In this document: piece after piece, positions 62,034 through 64,000 of the stretch
How positions within the stretch are numbered: the first letter of the stretch is position 1
How the letters are laid out: the number at the start of each line of letters is the position of its first letter
Assembly (NCBI RefSeq): GCF_030646925.1
Contig: NZ_JAUSKL010000027.1
Span: 1,119 to 65,118, forward strand
DNA: 64,000 bases
Source of the DNA: Candidatus Binatus sp.
GTDB lineage: Bacteria > Desulfobacterota > Binatia > Binatales > Binataceae
Direction of reading: 5' to 3'
Position numbers and translations under genes: made by a program
The notes under the pieces: model-generated
Seen by the model: only the letters and a program-made list of their open reading frames with translations
Told to the model about the DNA's origin: nothing
Database searches by the model: none

Positions 62034-63434
62034 ATGCTCGATCCGTTTATCGAAGGTTGGGCGCTGCGCGATCTGGTTGCGAAGGGCGAGGTCGCGCCGC
62101 GCGAGGTCGCAGAATTTTTCCTCGCGCGCATCGAACGCCTCAATCCAACTCTCGGCGCTTACATGACGATCACCGCCGATCGCGCGCTCGCCGACGCCGC
62201 GCGACTCGAGGCCTCGCGCAAGGACGCACCCTCGATGCCGCTCTTCGGCGTTGCGTATTCGCTGAAAGATCTCACTCCGACGCTCGGCATCCCCACCACG
62301 CTCGGCTCGCGCAACTACGCGACCAATCTCGCTCCGATGGAAGCAGTGATTGCCCAGCGCCTCTCGCGCGCTGGCGGAATCCTGCTCGGCAAAACCACGA
62401 CGCCCGAATTTGGCGGACGGCCGACCACCGAAGGCGGCCTCTGTCCGGTGGCGCGCAATCCGTGGAACCTCGACTACAACGCCGGCGGCTCGAGTGGCGG
62501 CGCGGCGGCTGCAGTCGCGGCGGGATTGGGACCGATCGCGGAAGGCAGCGACGGCGGCGGCTCGATTCGCGGCCCGGCGTCGAATTGCGGTGTGGTCGGA
62601 CTCAAGCCCTCGCGCGGACGACTCACCTACGCGCCTCATCGCGGCGAGGCGTGGGGCGGCTTCGCAACGCGCGGTCCGATCGCGCGTTCGGTGCGCGACG
62701 TCGCCATGATGCTCGACGTCATCGCCGGTCCCGTCACCGGCGATCCATATTGGGCGCCGCCTCCAACTCGTCCGTTCGAGCAAGCCGTCAGCGCGATTCC
62801 GCGAAATCTCAAGCTCGCATCAATTTCAACTTCTAAACTCGGCGAGGTCGATCCCGATGTGGCGCAGGCGTGCGAATCCGCGTGCAGCGCGATGCGCGAA
62901 TTGGGGCATCAGGTCGAACCGATCGATCTCGATCCGGGTGCGCTGCTGGTCGATTGCGCGCGCATCCTGATTTGCGTCGGCATCGCGGCGATTCCGCTCA
63001 CCAATCCCGATTGGGTCGATCCGGTCGTGCGCGAAATGCACGACTTTGGCCGCAAGGTGAGCGGCGCCGAATACGTCAACCTGGTCGCCACGATGCACAA
63101 CGTGGCGCGTGAAATTGTCGAGCGCCTCGACCCCTTCGACGCATTACTCACTCCCACCATGACGCGGCCCGCAATGCGTAACGGCACATTCCCATCGAAG
63201 CCGGAGCGTTACCTCGATGAACTATGGACCTGGATAGCATTTGAGTATCCAGCTAATGCAACCGGTCAGCCCGCGATTACTCTCCCCTGCGGATTCAGTA
63301 CATCGGGACTGCCTATTGGACTGCAAATCGTGGGCCGGCCGAATGGTGAATTTGAGCTGCTATCTATTGCCTCCGCTTTCGAGGCCGCGCGGCCGTGGCG
63401 CGATCTCCGTCCGCCATTCGCAATTAGCAACTGA
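62034..63434 (+). CDS. amidase (amidase-signature family)
   Basis: ...KDL...[33 protein letters not shown]... Start at ATG 62034. Confidence 0.85.
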   Translation: MLDPFIEGWALRDLVAKGEVAPREVAEFFLARIERLNPTLGAYMTITADRALADAARLEASRKDAPSMPLFGVAYSLKDLTPTLGIPTTLGSRNYATNLAPMEAVIAQRLSRAGGILLGKTTTPEFGGRPTTEGGLCPVARNPWNLDYNAGGSSGGAAAAVAAGLGPIAEGSDGGGSIRGPASNCGVVGLKPSRGRLTYAPHRGEAWGGFATRGPIARSVRDVAMMLDVIAGPVTGDPYWAPPPTRPFEQAVSAIPRNLKLASISTSKLGEVDPDVAQACESACSAMRELGHQVEPIDLDPGALLVDCARILICVGIAAIPLTNPDWVDPVVREMHDFGRKVSGAEYVNLVATMHNVAREIVERLDPFDALLTPTMTRPAMRNGTFPSKPERYLDELWTWIAFEYPANATGQPAITLPCGFSTSGLPIGLQIVGRPNGEFELLSIASAFEAARPWRDLRPPFAISN

Positions 63435-63480
63435 GTAATTAGACAATAGCACTTAGGCAATCAAAGAGGATATTCGAGCC

Positions 63481-64000
63481 ATGCCTACATTCAATCGCGC
63501 CGAGACTTCGCTTTACTACGAAGAATACGGAACTGGCTATCCGATTTTACTGTTTGCGCCGGGCGGGATGCGCTCATCGGTCGAGTTCTGGCACAAGAGC
63601 CCGTTCGATCCCACCGTTGAACTTGCGTCCGATTTCCGGGTGATCGCGATGGATCAACGCAATGCCGGCAACTCGACCGCGCCGATCGCCGCGTCCGACG
63701 GATGGGAAACCTACGCGAACGACCACCTTGCGCTGATGGATCATTTGGCCATCAAGCAATGCCACGTGATGGGCGGATGTATCGGTTCGTCCTATTGCCT
63801 CGGCCTGATCAAGCTGGCGCCGGCGCGCGTCAGCGCCGCGATCCTGCAAAATCCGATTGGGCTGAGCCTGCGCAACCGCGACATGTTCTACGCGATGTTC
63901 GACGGCTGGGCGAAGGCGCTCAAACGGGAACGCCCGCAAATCGAGGAAGCGGCGTTCGGCCCGTTCCGCGAACGAATGTACAGCGGCGATTTCGTGTTCA
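63481..64000 (+). CDS. alpha/beta-fold hydrolase, 3'-partial (runs off the window)
   Basis: Not in the ORF track because no stop lies inside the window. It reads MPTFNRAETSLYYEEYGTGYPILLFAPGG...VIAMDQRNAGNS...HVMGGCIGSSYCL (a G-x-C-x-G elbow). AAAGAGGA lies 6 nt upstream of the ATG. Confidence 0.65.
   Translation, partial: MPTFNRAETSLYYEEYGTGYPILLFAPGGMRSSVEFWHKSPFDPTVELASDFRVIAMDQRNAGNSTAPIAASDGWETYANDHLALMDHLAIKQCHVMGGCIGSSYCLGLIKLAPARVSAAILQNPIGLSLRNRDMFYAMFDGWAKALKRERPQIEEAAFGPFRERMYSGDFVF

Noticed and set aside
61590-62783. 397-aa ORF on the - strand
   Set aside because: It is antisense to the SDR and amidase genes, with Arg/Ala-rich composition.

Overview
High-GC (about 63-65 % by hand counts) chromosomal segment from a diderm bacterium, judged from MepA, CopB, an OM-barrel-like protein and lipobox lipoproteins. 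I recognise about 55 protein-coding genes. I saw no rRNA, tRNA, CRISPR array, transposase or integrase. Four things stand out. (1) At about 1.5-13.13 kb there is a defence-island-like block. It contains a translationally coupled operon (SNF2 helicase -> Mre11/SbcD-type phosphoesterase -> Rad50/SbcC/YhaN-type coiled-coil ATPase). Divergent from it is a lower-GC BREX-like pair, a DUF499/BrxC-type ATPase followed by a PglZ-like gene, with no methyltransferase. The PglZ-like gene is cut off at about 13.13 kb, and truncated host genes flank the block on both sides. This is my best candidate for an undescribed system. (2) Directly to its right (13.13-21.5 kb) every recognisable gene is disrupted: coxG, coxM, coxL, coxS, a Zn-ADH, SCO1, and the copper monooxygenase B and A subunits. 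The lesions are frameshifts, one in-frame TAG and truncations. The roughly 35 genes that follow are intact. (3) An unannotated SelW/Rdx-like selenoprotein gene (45235..45483) has an in-frame TGA in a C-x-x-U motif and a hairpin 16 nt downstream. (4) A 77-nt structured repeat occurs twice (38187..38263 and 59818..59894). The rest is ordinary metabolism: copAB, glgP, GST, LLM oxidoreductases, tandem P450s, a three-part propionyl-CoA carboxylase with the methylmalonyl-CoA mutase catalytic subunit, CoA-transferases, acyl-CoA dehydrogenase, class III ADH, MFS transporters, amidase and others. All calls rest on reading the translated ORFs and the DNA by eye. No searches were run.
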